A stretch of DNA of 62,399 nt, counting the filler, from Sphacelaria rigidula (Eukaryota): the NCBI GenBank assembly GCA_964200075.2. It is 11 parts of 11 records of this genome, joined end to end, with 100 filler letters (N's around TTAATTAATTAA, not from the genome) between each part and the next. Parts side by side here need not be neighbours in the genome. Positions count along the whole stretch, not along the records: positions 22,730 to 28,311 come from CAXNAA020026123.1; positions 28,412 to 33,993 come from CAXNAA020026124.1; positions 34,094 to 39,675 come from CAXNAA020026125.1; 8 more parts are not named here. The stretch is one strand, 5' to 3'. The position numbers and the translations under genes were made by a program. Shown here piece by piece: positions 26,416 through 37,719 of this stretch. The notes below the pieces were generated by a model. It ran no database searches, was not told where the DNA came from, and saw nothing but the letters and a program-made list of their open reading frames with translations. How positions within the stretch are numbered: the stretch's first letter is position 1; every line of letters starts with the position of its first letter.

Positions 26416-27847
26416 ATGCAACGAGTCGTGTGCGTTGTTGAAGCGGTCGGCGCGGAATGATTCCAACATTCATTGCTGGAGTCAATGTCCCACGACATGC
26501 ACACGTTCCGTAACGGTGCCCGCCGAGTGGTCGTGGGCAATTGTGTAGGGCGTAGGTACGGTAGCGGGTGACTGTAACAGCGCAGGACACCTGCGCTGTT
26601 GTCTTGAGTCGGATCTGTGCGATTAGGTCTATTTATTCATGTATTACTGGGTCATGTGTGCGATTGGATGTAGTCATAGATATTACTATTCCAGTGTATT
26701 CACCACCGTTCCGAACAGCTGTGGTACACACGCGGCCATTTGCCTACCCCCAAAAATCCCTCCGCATGACAGTTGATCCCCACAGAGGAGGAAAGGGTAC
26801 AGGGGCGTATAATCCCTCTTGAGGCTACAAGGTAACCCCTCCACGAGGATGAAACACCGCTTGGGGAATAGCCCACACACGGGCTTGAGAGACGAAGCCC
26901 CCCTTGAGGGGTTAGTTGCTCTTCGGAGAATCCAACGAGACGAAATTCTTGTAGAGGTCACTAATTCCTCTAGCGATGGGCTTTGGAAGGGTCGATTATT
27001 GAGGAGGGGGGGGATTGGGTGGGTGACCGACTGGCCGCATGAGTAGTGATGTTTGAGAGTGCCTCAAGTACTGCTCTAGTTGATCCTCGCTTCGTGGACA
27101 TACTTACCTCGTCTTGTATTTGTTTCTTCACTTTTTTTTCGGTGTCTTTTTAGTGGACATGAGTCCATCGTTTTTCCTTCCCATCCCGTCGAACTCGGGG
27201 CGGCGACTTGTCACGAGTTTTCTATTCATTTTACAGTAGAACTTACTGTAGAGTCTTGAGGAATGACGCGGGCCCCGTGTCTTGTGGGGAAGAGGAGGAA
27301 CGGTATGGAACACGAGCCTACGTCTGTGACCACGGGTGTGAGAGATCGTAAAAATGCTACGAAATGAAGAAAACACTGGTGAAACTTGGGATGCCGGGAA
27401 GTCACCACCTTTTTTGTTTTCGTCCAGTGTGGGTTGTGGAGGTATACCAGAGACCATCCCTCTTGATTCGTGGCCGACTGAGTGCTTTTCGGGCTCGGGC
27501 GCTGGAAGCCTTGATCAACTAACGGTAGTATATGCTGTTGTGATCGGGCACCTAAATGGTCACACATCATGTCGGGTAAAATCGAGGATGAATAACACCC
27601 CCCAAATTCAAATTGGATCTATTTTTGTTGCCGGAGCTCACCGCCCTTGCTGGCATGTGTGTAATGGAGAACAGTGGCAGCGATGACCGGAACATTGCCC
27701 TATTTTTCAACGACTTGTGTGTCAGCGCGCGGAGGCGTCTTGTGCAGATCAAGAGGGGGAGAGAAATCGATCTTCGCACTAACGAGCTCCACAAACAAGG
27801 AGGGACGAAATCTCTCCACAGCTCGATGTTTTTTGGGCGGGTGCGCG

Positions 27848-28032
27848 TGTAATGCGTGAGAGGACCGCGTGCTTGAAACCGCAGCGGACCTGAACAATCT
27901 TCATGGTCAGGGTTGAGGTAGAGGGCATGGTACCTGCAGGGGCTGGCCCGAGTGGTTTCGGAAAACGTCGATCCTGGGGTGTCTTGTACTACGGCGCGGT
28001 CCGCTAAGCACCCAGTCCTCTCACGGATTACG
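27848..28032. mobile_element. Diverged copy of the TGTAATGCG MITE family
   Basis: Same TIR and internal GGTACCTGCAGGGGCTGGCCCG motif as the 24977 and 48050 copies. Confidence 0.8.
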
Positions 28033-28645
28033 GTTGTTGTTGTTGTCTTCACATTAAAAGCCGTTCCGATATCTGCACGGTCCATTGGTACTGGGCATCT
28101 TCTGCGGACGCCTCCCGTGGTCACAGGCTAGCACAAGAAACCAAAATAAAATAAAATAGATCCAGAGTGAAGAACTCACACAACGCGATACAAGCAAACA
28201 GAAATGAAGAAGGAAAAAAAGAAAGAAGAAAGGGAGTGCATACTGCCAACCTCAGAAGATCCGGTGCCGCAGGTAGCCATTCGGACTTCAGGGAGTGGAA
28301 CTCGGTTTTCCNNNNNNNNNNNNNNNNNNNNNNNNNNNNNNNNNNNNNNNNNNNNTTAATTAATTAANNNNNNNNNNNNNNNNNNNNNNNNNNNNNNNNN
28401 NNNNNNNNNNNACACCCCTCCCCCCCACCCGCCCATCGTAGTAACTCGCAGCTCTCGTGGTGGTTCAGCAAAGCCGCACCGTGACCTACGTGACACATGT
28501 GTTGTGCAAATGTTCGTGTGCGTGAACGGCTCTGTCGCCTGTGTTGCGTCATGCACCACGTATCGCTCACGTCGGTATTTGTTTTCTTTCTTGTATCTGG
28601 TGATTGATGCGTGCTGTTTCCGTGCGGATTCTCAAATGACAACAG

Positions 28646-31600
28646 CCTGTGCACGGATCTCTGGCGAGGTACGTCAGTCACCCGTCGGATTTCTGCTTCA
28701 AGCTGCCGCACAATATGTCTCTCGAGGAGGGGGCCATGTGTGAACCTGTGTCTGTCGGGGTCCACGCATGCAGGAGGGCTGGCGTGCAGGTTGGTTGTAC
28801 GAAAGCGATCGAATTGAAGGAATGTTGCGCAGAGGTAGTCACCGTGCGTGCACCAAAACTGCCGATACTACTGCTACACTGGATATTTCGTACGACCGGC
28901 TAGCTGTACTGTACCGGCAGGTACGGAAGTTGTCGGGAGAGGACACTGCGCGTGAAGGTTGGGTGTTCCCCTCCTGCTCATGTTTTCCCCGGGAAGTTTA
29001 CCCTTGGATACACTCGTTCAACATTGAGCCGCGTCCCACGTACTGCCGCGTACTGTAGACAAACCGTGTGGGTTACATGCCAATGTGCGTCTCCGTGGTG
29101 TCAGATGGCAGTCGAATCTTTTATTCTTTTGCTGTTTCAAACGTATAATGGCTCGCCACAGCGTGCAGCCTGTGGGGGGGAAAACATAAGTTACTTTTTT
29201 CACGACCCCCCTCCGAGCACTTCGATAGTATATTCTATTTCGTGTCGTCCAAACGCCATGACCAATCACTGCGGATCGCTTGTTCTTCTCTTTTTGGGGG
29301 GCTCCTCTTTCGTGCATTTCCACTACACGTGCAGTGAAGACTCAGAGATCGTGGTATAATATCCTCCCCGTACGGGATGAAGGAAAACTGCGAGCAGCCG
29401 AAATGGAATCTCAGGTTCAAGCTGTCGTTAGCCAAGGTGCAAGATATGCTATAGGTGCAGTGCAGGCTTTTCATAAGTTGCGAATTCGGGTCAGATAGTC
29501 TTGTGAATCGCTCTTGACTCAGACCCCCTTTCGTCTTATTATTATTATTTTTTGTGCGTCTAAACGGGAACAAGTCGGCGTCCCCTCCCTCCTCAGGACA
29601 CGTGTAATAAATACCCTCTCTAGGTCAACCCAACCTCTCTCTCCCGATGAATCACCTTGAGCTGAGCACTCGCATATCCCGCCTGGATGTTCTGTCGTTT
29701 TTTTTTATTGCCATTTTTTTTGTCTCCCCAACTCTCTTTGTTTCCACGTACAGTATGGTCTTCATTTTTGGTGTTGTTTTTGGAAAATGATCGATTGGAT
29801 ATTTTATGTCGAAACTTGAAGTATCAACCGCATCGCTCGCTCTGCAAAATGATTGGACAGCCCGGGTACAAGGTGGCTGTGCTGGGCGCAGGGCCGATAG
29901 GACTGGTAACAATGATGGTTGCCAAGGCTTTCGGGGCGGCGATATGCATAGTTACCGACGTGTCCGATGACAGGCTCAAGGTGGCCAAAGAGGTGCGTGC
30001 AGCGACTTCCCTCTTCCTACTTGTAACCCTGCTCCCCTTTTAGGGACGAATCTGCGGTAGTCTCGAGGGATTAACCCATCTCTCCCCCCGGTAGCCGCCT
30101 TGAATGACGGAACCGTGAATGATCCTTGGTAGCATGATGTGGCGGCGGAGGCGGCGGCAGGCGTCGTTGTGTCATTTTCTGCTGTTGTCTTGCTTGTTGC
30201 ACCTGAGGTTTTCCGTCGCTTGCTCATCTGCGTGCGGTAAAGGGGTAGGCGGCCGGATGAGTAAGGCGTCGCCACCTCGCGTCGCGGCGATAGCGCCGCA
30301 GCCGTTACGTTCATTCCTTTGGTGGTGGTGGTGATGATTATGCAGGGCTTTCAGCGGATCGGATAGTTGTCACGAGCAAGTAAGGAGCTTATTTCGTGTT
30401 CAACGGCTGTCATTTCGTCCCTTGTGCTGTAGTATATATAAACCGGGAGCACACGTGTAGGTGTATGAACCTTACCACCCCTGAATTTCCACCGTGTGCG
30501 TAATCTCACCACTGTGGAGATAGAGGGAGGGAGGCAGGGAAGGGGGGGGGAGGGGAGGCAGCGTTCTCAGTCGTTGCTTGCCTTAGTCGTTTGACCATTG
30601 ACGACGCATCCCTTACAAGACAGAGCACGAGGGAGAGAGGGGGTGCTGGGTAATAGGTTTTCCTCTTTTGAGAGTTCGCGGTCTGTGTGCGATACAGGTA
30701 TTCATGTAGCTTACAACATGTGGCATTACAACGTCCAACATCGCCGAAGCGAAGGGTATGTTCTCTACCCAACACCCGATCATATAAATTGAGGATGAAG
30801 CTTTTCATCGAGGATCAAAACCCGGAGAACTAATATCTTCGTATCCATACCAGATCTTCGAAATATGGTTCCATTCCTCCACCTAGTGGTAGCTCTTGAC
30901 GACTACTACACGCCGTAAAAATTTGGATCATGATAACCGAGATGTTGGGATCCTAGGACAATATTGTTTTCGCGAATTTGCGTGATTTGATCGGATCGCC
31001 GAATTTCCCCCAAAATTGGTGTTTCAGCTATCAATAGGACCCCAACATTTCGGCTATCGAAATCCAAATTTGTATGGGGTATAGTAGTTGTCAATGGCTA
31101 TCAGTTGGTGGACGAATGGAACCATATTTCGAAGATTTGGTATGGATACGAAGATACTATTTCCCCGGGTTCTCATCTTCAATGAAAAGCTCCATCCTCA
31201 ATGTCGATGATCGGCTGTTACCCGTAGTTTTTACAAAAATCGTGCCGTCAATAGTTTCTGCCGTTGGAAATACCCTGTATACACCGGGTGATGCGTCGGG
31301 ATTGCAAGGCCGTGTGCTCGTCGAGAAAATCGCCGGTGAAGGCGCTGTCTCATAAGGGCGTGTTATCCTCCATCACTGAGTCTACCGGCCATGTACTAGC
31401 GCTGTAGGGTTGCATGAAGACTTTTTTTTTTCGTCGCCTTGGGTCAGCGATGTGTTGTTGGTGGGCGATTTCGTTCTAATTCATGATATCCTAGCATTCG
31501 TGGCGGTGGGCTGTACAAGCCTCGATGATGGAGGAAAATATTTTATACAGTACGTGGCTCAAGATGCGAGCCGAAACGTGATACCCTGTGCCGCTATCGA

Positions 31601-32009
31601 TGCGTCATCAAGAAATCGGGGATCGAATCTTACTCCCGAAACAGCAGAAGCAACAGCAACAACATCGCCATCGCTATCAACATCCTCCACAGCAACCGCC
31701 GCAGCAAACAATAACGCCCACAATCACCACAGCCACAATGAAGAACAACAACGTTTCCCTCTACTTTTTACTAATCTCGTTTATAAATGTCATGATTTGT
31801 TGATGCCGTTGCCGCAGCTGGGTGCAGACGCTACGGTGAACGTGATGGGACTTTCTCCGAAAGACGCGGCGGCGAGAGTGGTTGCTGGGGATGGAGATGA
31901 CCAAGGGCAGCGGCCAGATGTGTGTGTTGATTGCTGCGGCTTCGAATCTAGCGTGGCTACTGCGCTGGCAGCTGCCAAGAGCGGGGGCAGGGTCTGCCTT
32001 GTAGGCATG
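28646..32009 (+). CDS. Sorbitol (L-iditol)/xylitol dehydrogenase-like zinc-dependent MDR enzyme, three internal exons: 28646-28789, 29861-29992, 31818-32009
   Basis: [48 protein letters not shown] / [26 protein letters not shown]...[12 protein letters not shown] / LGAD...[31 protein letters not shown]. All introns are phase 0 GT-AG (exons 144, 132, 192 bp). Rossmann GAGPIG motif present. Confidence 0.93.
30771..31219. mobile_element. 449-bp long-TIR (foldback) MITE with 4-bp ACCC TSD in intron 2 of the dehydrogenase; same family as the satellite-embedded MITE
   Basis: Ends AACACCCGATC / GATCGGCTGTT, with imperfect inverted arms of about 185 bp (e.g. CTTCGAAATATGGTTCCATT / AATGGAACCATATTTCGAAG). 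ACCC at 30767-30770 and 31220-31223. Remnants at about 2722-2780 and 43925-44035. Confidence 0.88.
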
Positions 32010-35000
32010 GTACGTATAGCACCCATTGCTATTACTGTGACAAACCACGCTTACAATGCCGTCCTGTGCGCGCACGCAAACGTTGTTTCGGACATCGATA
32101 AAAGGGTTGGAAAATCCGAGGAAATATTATGGAGTACTTTTTTTCCCCCGCTGGCACTCTTTCTATCCCTCCCCTCCCTCGATCCGTGATCTCAGCAATC
32201 ACCCCATCTCCCCCCGCGGTAGCATTTAGGTTGATGAAAGCATCTTCAGGATATGCGTGCATATGCAAGCATTGCTTTTGGCGGGATGGGATGGTCTCGA
32301 AATGGAGAGTAATGAAGATAGCTACAAGAAACACACGTACCAGCGCACACCGCGCGCCACATAGACAAGAACATCACGTGAGTGTCGCCGTGATAGCCGC
32401 CGCGCTGCCCCCCAAGCCAGTCCCAAAACTGCAAGGAAGCAAATGGTCATACAGCTCATGATAGCTGGTCTCAGACTGCATGCAGCGGCTCATATGGGCG
32501 GCGTTGGCGAAAACAACCCCAAGCGCGGGAGTTCCCAGCTGCTCGGTGTGCCCAGCTTTTGTCATTTTGATTTGCACGTAGATTTTGCCTCTGCAAACCA
32601 ACCACTTTTGTTTTGGGAGGGTGGGGTTATCGCGACATAACTCGTGTGAAAAGTTGTGGTAATGCATGTACCACAGCAGACATCCATGCCTCACGGGGGC
32701 AATATGTGTTCACAAGTAGTTTCCACTCACAGGTGTGTCGTTGGTGCGGCCCCATCAATGAAATGCGGAAGAGAAACGTGCAGCGGCAGGAGACGCTCAC
32801 TAGTGTTTTTTTGTGTGTCTTCAGATCAGATTTTGGGAGATGGTATAAACAAGCAGATGCGCTACATACCCTTGGGTACATAGTTCCGCCGTCCCGTAAC
32901 TAAATTGCGTTATGTGATAGGAAATACCTTGATCATATTATTATATACGCTATAAATCAGTTTTGTTTTGTCTTAGGTACGTCTATTATGTGACCACGGC
33001 TGGATCCCTGGAGGGTCAGTCAAAGTGCGACGATCAATCGATGAATGAATGAATGAATGAATGAATGAATGAATGAATGAATCATGTGTGAGAGTCCTGC
33101 ATGCTTTTCCGGATAGATGTTAAAATTTATGACGCGAATCTGCAAAGTTCGCTCGACATGCACGCGGCACACAAAAATGATATACGCAAGCCAAAAATGG
33201 GCTGTATTTGGGAGGGAGGTTGTGAGTTGTCTGAATACCTATTATAGTGCGGTCCACAAGTGGGCATATTTTCTTTCAATTGTCTTTGTTTCTCGTGAGT
33301 AGTCCTTCTGTTCCTGGGGCTCCGAAAGTTCTAGTCCCCTTGGACAACACCCACGAGGATCACTTCCCACGATCGATAGCTTATTAGCTGTCTGGTCCCC
33401 ACGAGGGACTCACTCGCTCTCTGTAGAACTTTATATCAAGTGTGTATGCTCCGCACTACTACAACACATACTGCAATCTAGAGTCTACAATTTCAGCACG
33501 AGCACACTACTGTCACGGTACTGCGACCAGTCTTTCGTGGGAATATAGTGTTGTAACAATCGTCGTGATCCCTTTTTTTGTGTCGGAATTCTCCTCTGCT
33601 TGTAGCCAGTACTTTTCATGTATTGACCTTTGCGTACGCGCCCATCTTTTCACTACACGGCGGAATTCGTAGCAGATCAGTTCATGTGACCGCTGGTGTC
33701 GAGGCACATGAGTTAATATGAAGGTAGTTTATGAACCAACTAAAATGATCTCTCGTTCCCCATGTTGGGAGATCTCAGGTTTATGTGGTGGGGTTTGGCT
33801 GTGATTTCAGCCTTGTCGACCCCCTCCTTCACCCCCCCTCCCCCCTCACATTATTGGGATGCGAGGCCAATGGTCTTATGACTATGGCATGCATGATCAT
33901 GAGCACACACCCCCCCCCCCCCCCACCCCAAACACCATACACCAGACCACACCAAAAACAAACAAAAACCGCACCCACCCCCCCCCCCGAAAANNNNNNN
34001 NNNNNNNNNNNNNNNNNNNNNNNNNNNNNNNNNNNNNTTAATTAATTAANNNNNNNNNNNNNNNNNNNNNNNNNNNNNNNNNNNNNNNNNNNNCCCCTCC
34101 CTCCAATACTTTTCACGGATCCCCTGCCTCAGGACGAGTCCGCAGTCCTGAGGGATCAACCTGACTCTCCGCCGGTTCTTGTCTGACAGCACTGCTTCAA
34201 CGCGGGGACTTTTCTCACCTTCTCTCAACTACTCACGTCCTCACTTGTTCAACGGCGGGAATGAGATACAACCTAAAAAATCAGGTATCTTCTGGGATTT
34301 GAAACCTCGACTCTGCCCTCATCGGTTGTACGATGTACCAGCTAGACAGACCACTGAGGCGCGACGGCTCTTGAGGGGGTATAGGAAAACATCGAGCACA
34401 TCCTGCGCATGGTTGAACCAGAGCCGCCTTTTGGCCTAGCAAGTATTGAGCGCTCTTATGCTGAGGCAATCATAGCGTATGGAATTCTGCGTTTTTGATT
34501 CGCCAGTGGAAAATGACGAGACGAGAACGAGCTGCGGCGTAGCTTCTTGCCCTTTTTTGCGGAGATAGAGATAGAGCCCGACGCGCTGTACAGAACACGC
34601 GAACGAGCGCGCTGAAGACTAACCGCCGAGGGCAAACGACATGTACCACGTGAAAGTGGGTTCAACGATGTTCGCGAGAGCTATCCTGCGCTCGACAAAT
34701 GATGACAGCTAGATCCGTTGCGTTCACCGGACCAACTACGGGGTTTTGGGTTTGATGCCAAACAGCCGCGAGCTCAAGGGGTTCGGTCTGTTTGAGATGG
34801 TAATTTTTGAAAGCAGAGATGGCACAACCTTCCGCGCGGACTGCTGCTGCTGTTGCAGACACCGCATTTTTTCCCGCCGTATTTTGGTCCAAAGGACCTC
34901 CTCGGAACCTCGGAGCAAGGTGAATCTGAAAAGTGAGCTAGACTCCTTTCGGTGGGGCGATGCAAAGCGTCTAAGACGCATATTGGCAATATCCCCTGCT

Positions 35001-35061
35001 TTGGGGGCCAAAAAACCGTGTCAAAGGTCCCATACGTGGAAAATATGACCCCCGAAACATA

Positions 35062-36048
35062 CAGGCTGGTTCACGCTCATCACAAAATTGTTGTGAAATC
35101 GAAAATACGAATTCCAAGCCCAATTTTCATCTAATCTCCACATGCTTCAGATTGTAGTGCCCGCCATCAGCTCAGGAATCTAGCAGCAAAATCAGTTTTG
35201 AAAACGGCTGCTACGGGGTCGAATTACACCTGAAACCATGGTGTTTCGATGATGTGGGGTTTTGGCATCGTTTTTTTCAACTGATGACGCGCACGAAAGC
35301 CCAGGGAGCCTCGTGACGGTTTCCCGTATATCTCTCGTAGGAAAGCTCAGATCACCCTCAAACTTGGCAGTTCCGTAGGTATTGATGCTTCAAATGAAAT
35401 GAAAAAAATGTGTTCTCGACAATATTTCGAAAGTTACGTTGTTCTCTACCGGCTTCCGGGGATCCCAGTGTGACGACCCTCGGAAGGCGGTACAGAATAC
35501 CCCGAAAGAACAAAAACAAAATGATGCGCCCCGGGGTAGTCCAAGGAGCGTATGTATAGAGTTTGGTGTGAAGAAACTCAAAAACCTCATTCAGATTTTC
35601 TTGCCTTGACCTTGAATGCACTCACCCAAAATAGATGTTTTGTACTAAAACCAAGTAGGTAAAAGTTTGCACGTTTCAAGCTCACGTCCTCGCACAAACG
35701 TGCAAAACTTCAAGCAGTTTTTGGTGGTTTGACCCTAAAACTTCACACAAATGTGCTATGGGTCATTACCCCTCTTTCGATGGACGTTGCTCATTTTTTT
35801 CTTCACTTTTTAACTTCTTTACCGTTTTTCGGGGGTCCGACTGGATCCATGTTTCCCCCCCAAACTCTGGTACCCCGGAAAAACGGTGAAAACAGTCAAA
35901 CAGTTGGAAAAAAAACTCACGACCTACGAGAGGTGCGTAGTGACACAAAGCCAAAATGTTCGAAAATTCAGGGCCCAACTTCTAAAAACGGCGTGAAGTT
36001 TTGCGGATGTCGTGAGTGTTTTTAGTCTGATAAGCTTGAACCAGCCTG
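35062..36048. mobile_element. 987-bp non-autonomous Tc1/mariner/pogo-type element with TA TSD
   Basis: TA|CAGGCTGGTTCACGCTCATCA ... TGATAAGCTTGAACCAGCCTG|TA. It interrupts a dispersed repeat whose uninterrupted copy lies at about 52220-52400. Confidence 0.82.
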
Positions 36049-37547
36049 TATGAACCGTGAGAAATAAGGCCCTTGGGCTCATCTTGAACAAGAAAAGAAA
36101 AAAAAAGCGAGGAGCAAAATAAGCACCGAAACGCAGCATGGACCAATGGTTGCGGTGTTCGATCAACATGCTGCTTTTTTTTCGACCCTTGCTGTGCTCA
36201 TTGCTTCTTTTCACGAATAGGACGACTAAACTCGTGATTCAATACTCATATTCATCATTTCAACGAACAAATCATACTATTCGTACTGTACATAATTTGT
36301 AATTCATACTCGTACAGCTTCTCAGCTCGTGCGTCGTGCAGTATTGTGTAACCCCAAGGTACCCGCTTCCCACCTTCGATGAATACCGGGGTAAATAATG
36401 GGCACACAGTCAACCCTGCACTGCAAATTTGAATGCATCGATTGTACATGCCACGCACTTCTTACCATCGTGAGTCGGGAACGTCATGTACAACTTGCTT
36501 GAACAAGTCGTTCGAGGTGAGCGCCCGTACATTTTTCCCACCTCCCGGCTAATAATGCGGGACCAACAAGTTGTACAGGTTGCATCTTCACTTCCGATGG
36601 GCCCTGTACCACGCGTAATTTTCTCACAGCTGTAATGCGCGCAAGATGAGCTGCATATGTGTTATCCACCCTCGACTCATCCGGACCAACAGTTTTTACA
36701 GCATAACTGCTTTCACATCATGAGGTGTCGACTCGTATGAACTCTGATTCGTCCTAACCGTGCCTTTGCTGGTGCCCTATTTGAGATCCTAGAACGGATC
36801 GTGTTTGTGCACAAAAAACACCTACGAGTACTGTTCTGCCATTTATTTCGGAAATATTATTTCGTCAGTCATTTTTTGGCCTGCAGTGGGTAGAATGAGC
36901 AACAGTTCTTGGTTGAGGTACGAGTAGCGATGGACGCTATATCTATTATACTTGTATTCCAGTACAACTGTAATCTCATGCTTCATCGAGTCTGCTGACT
37001 CCATGATGCGTTGTTTTTGGAAGGGTGTTGAAAAACTAGACACTGCAACAACAGTAGTAAGTCATGCGCAGACTGATAGGAATCACCCCTCCCAACACCC
37101 AAGCGCCCGACCCACAACCTCCGCAAAGCTCATGGAGAAGAACGTACCGCATCCTGCCAGGCGCATGATACTGTGCCAAGAGCTGCAGGGCCCACCAACA
37201 GCGGTACCAAGATAGATATCGCGCAACATCGTGGACGCTTTGGTATCACCGATGTTATAGCTGACCAAATACCTACACAATCGAGATACAAAATGTGCTG
37301 CCCTACGTGTGACTGTTGGGTGACCAAATTGAAAAATCCCGCAGTGGGGACAACAGGGGGGGGTGTATTTCTTTCAGAAAAACGACATATGTTCACCATG
37401 GTCAGCAGTGTCTGTTTGCACGGAAGTAGCACGGTCGGTGTGGTGGTGACTCATGTGCGTTGGCTCTGAGTTGCTCCCGAAGTTGTTCCCACTAGGACTC
37501 CTGCGATGACAGGAGATCACAGTAAGCTGTACCTAGCCTTCACCTAC

Positions 37548-37719
37548 CTGCACTTCCACCAGCATGCCATCGTAATGCCCGCCGTCGGTCCTTGCCTGCA
37601 AGCTCGCCCACCTCCTCTCCGCCATATCCACTTGTCCCTTCAACTGACCGGCCTTCTGCCGCAATGTCTCCAACTCTGCACGTGAATCCCCTGCTACGCC
37701 ATCTCCGCGAACGGGACAG
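37548..37719 (-). CDS. Internal exon of an unknown coiled-coil protein
   Basis: CACAG acceptor and CAG|GTAGGT donor. The peptide DSRAELETLRQKAGQLKGQVDMAERRWASLQAR has heptad character. Confidence 0.55.

Noticed and set aside
26597..27130. Possible solo LTR (TG...CA)
   Set aside because: No matching TSD, PBS or PPT, and no second copy in the window.
35281..35300. Hammerhead ribozyme core (CTGATGA...GAAA)
   Set aside because: The intervening CGCGCAC cannot form stem II, and no stems I or III are evident.
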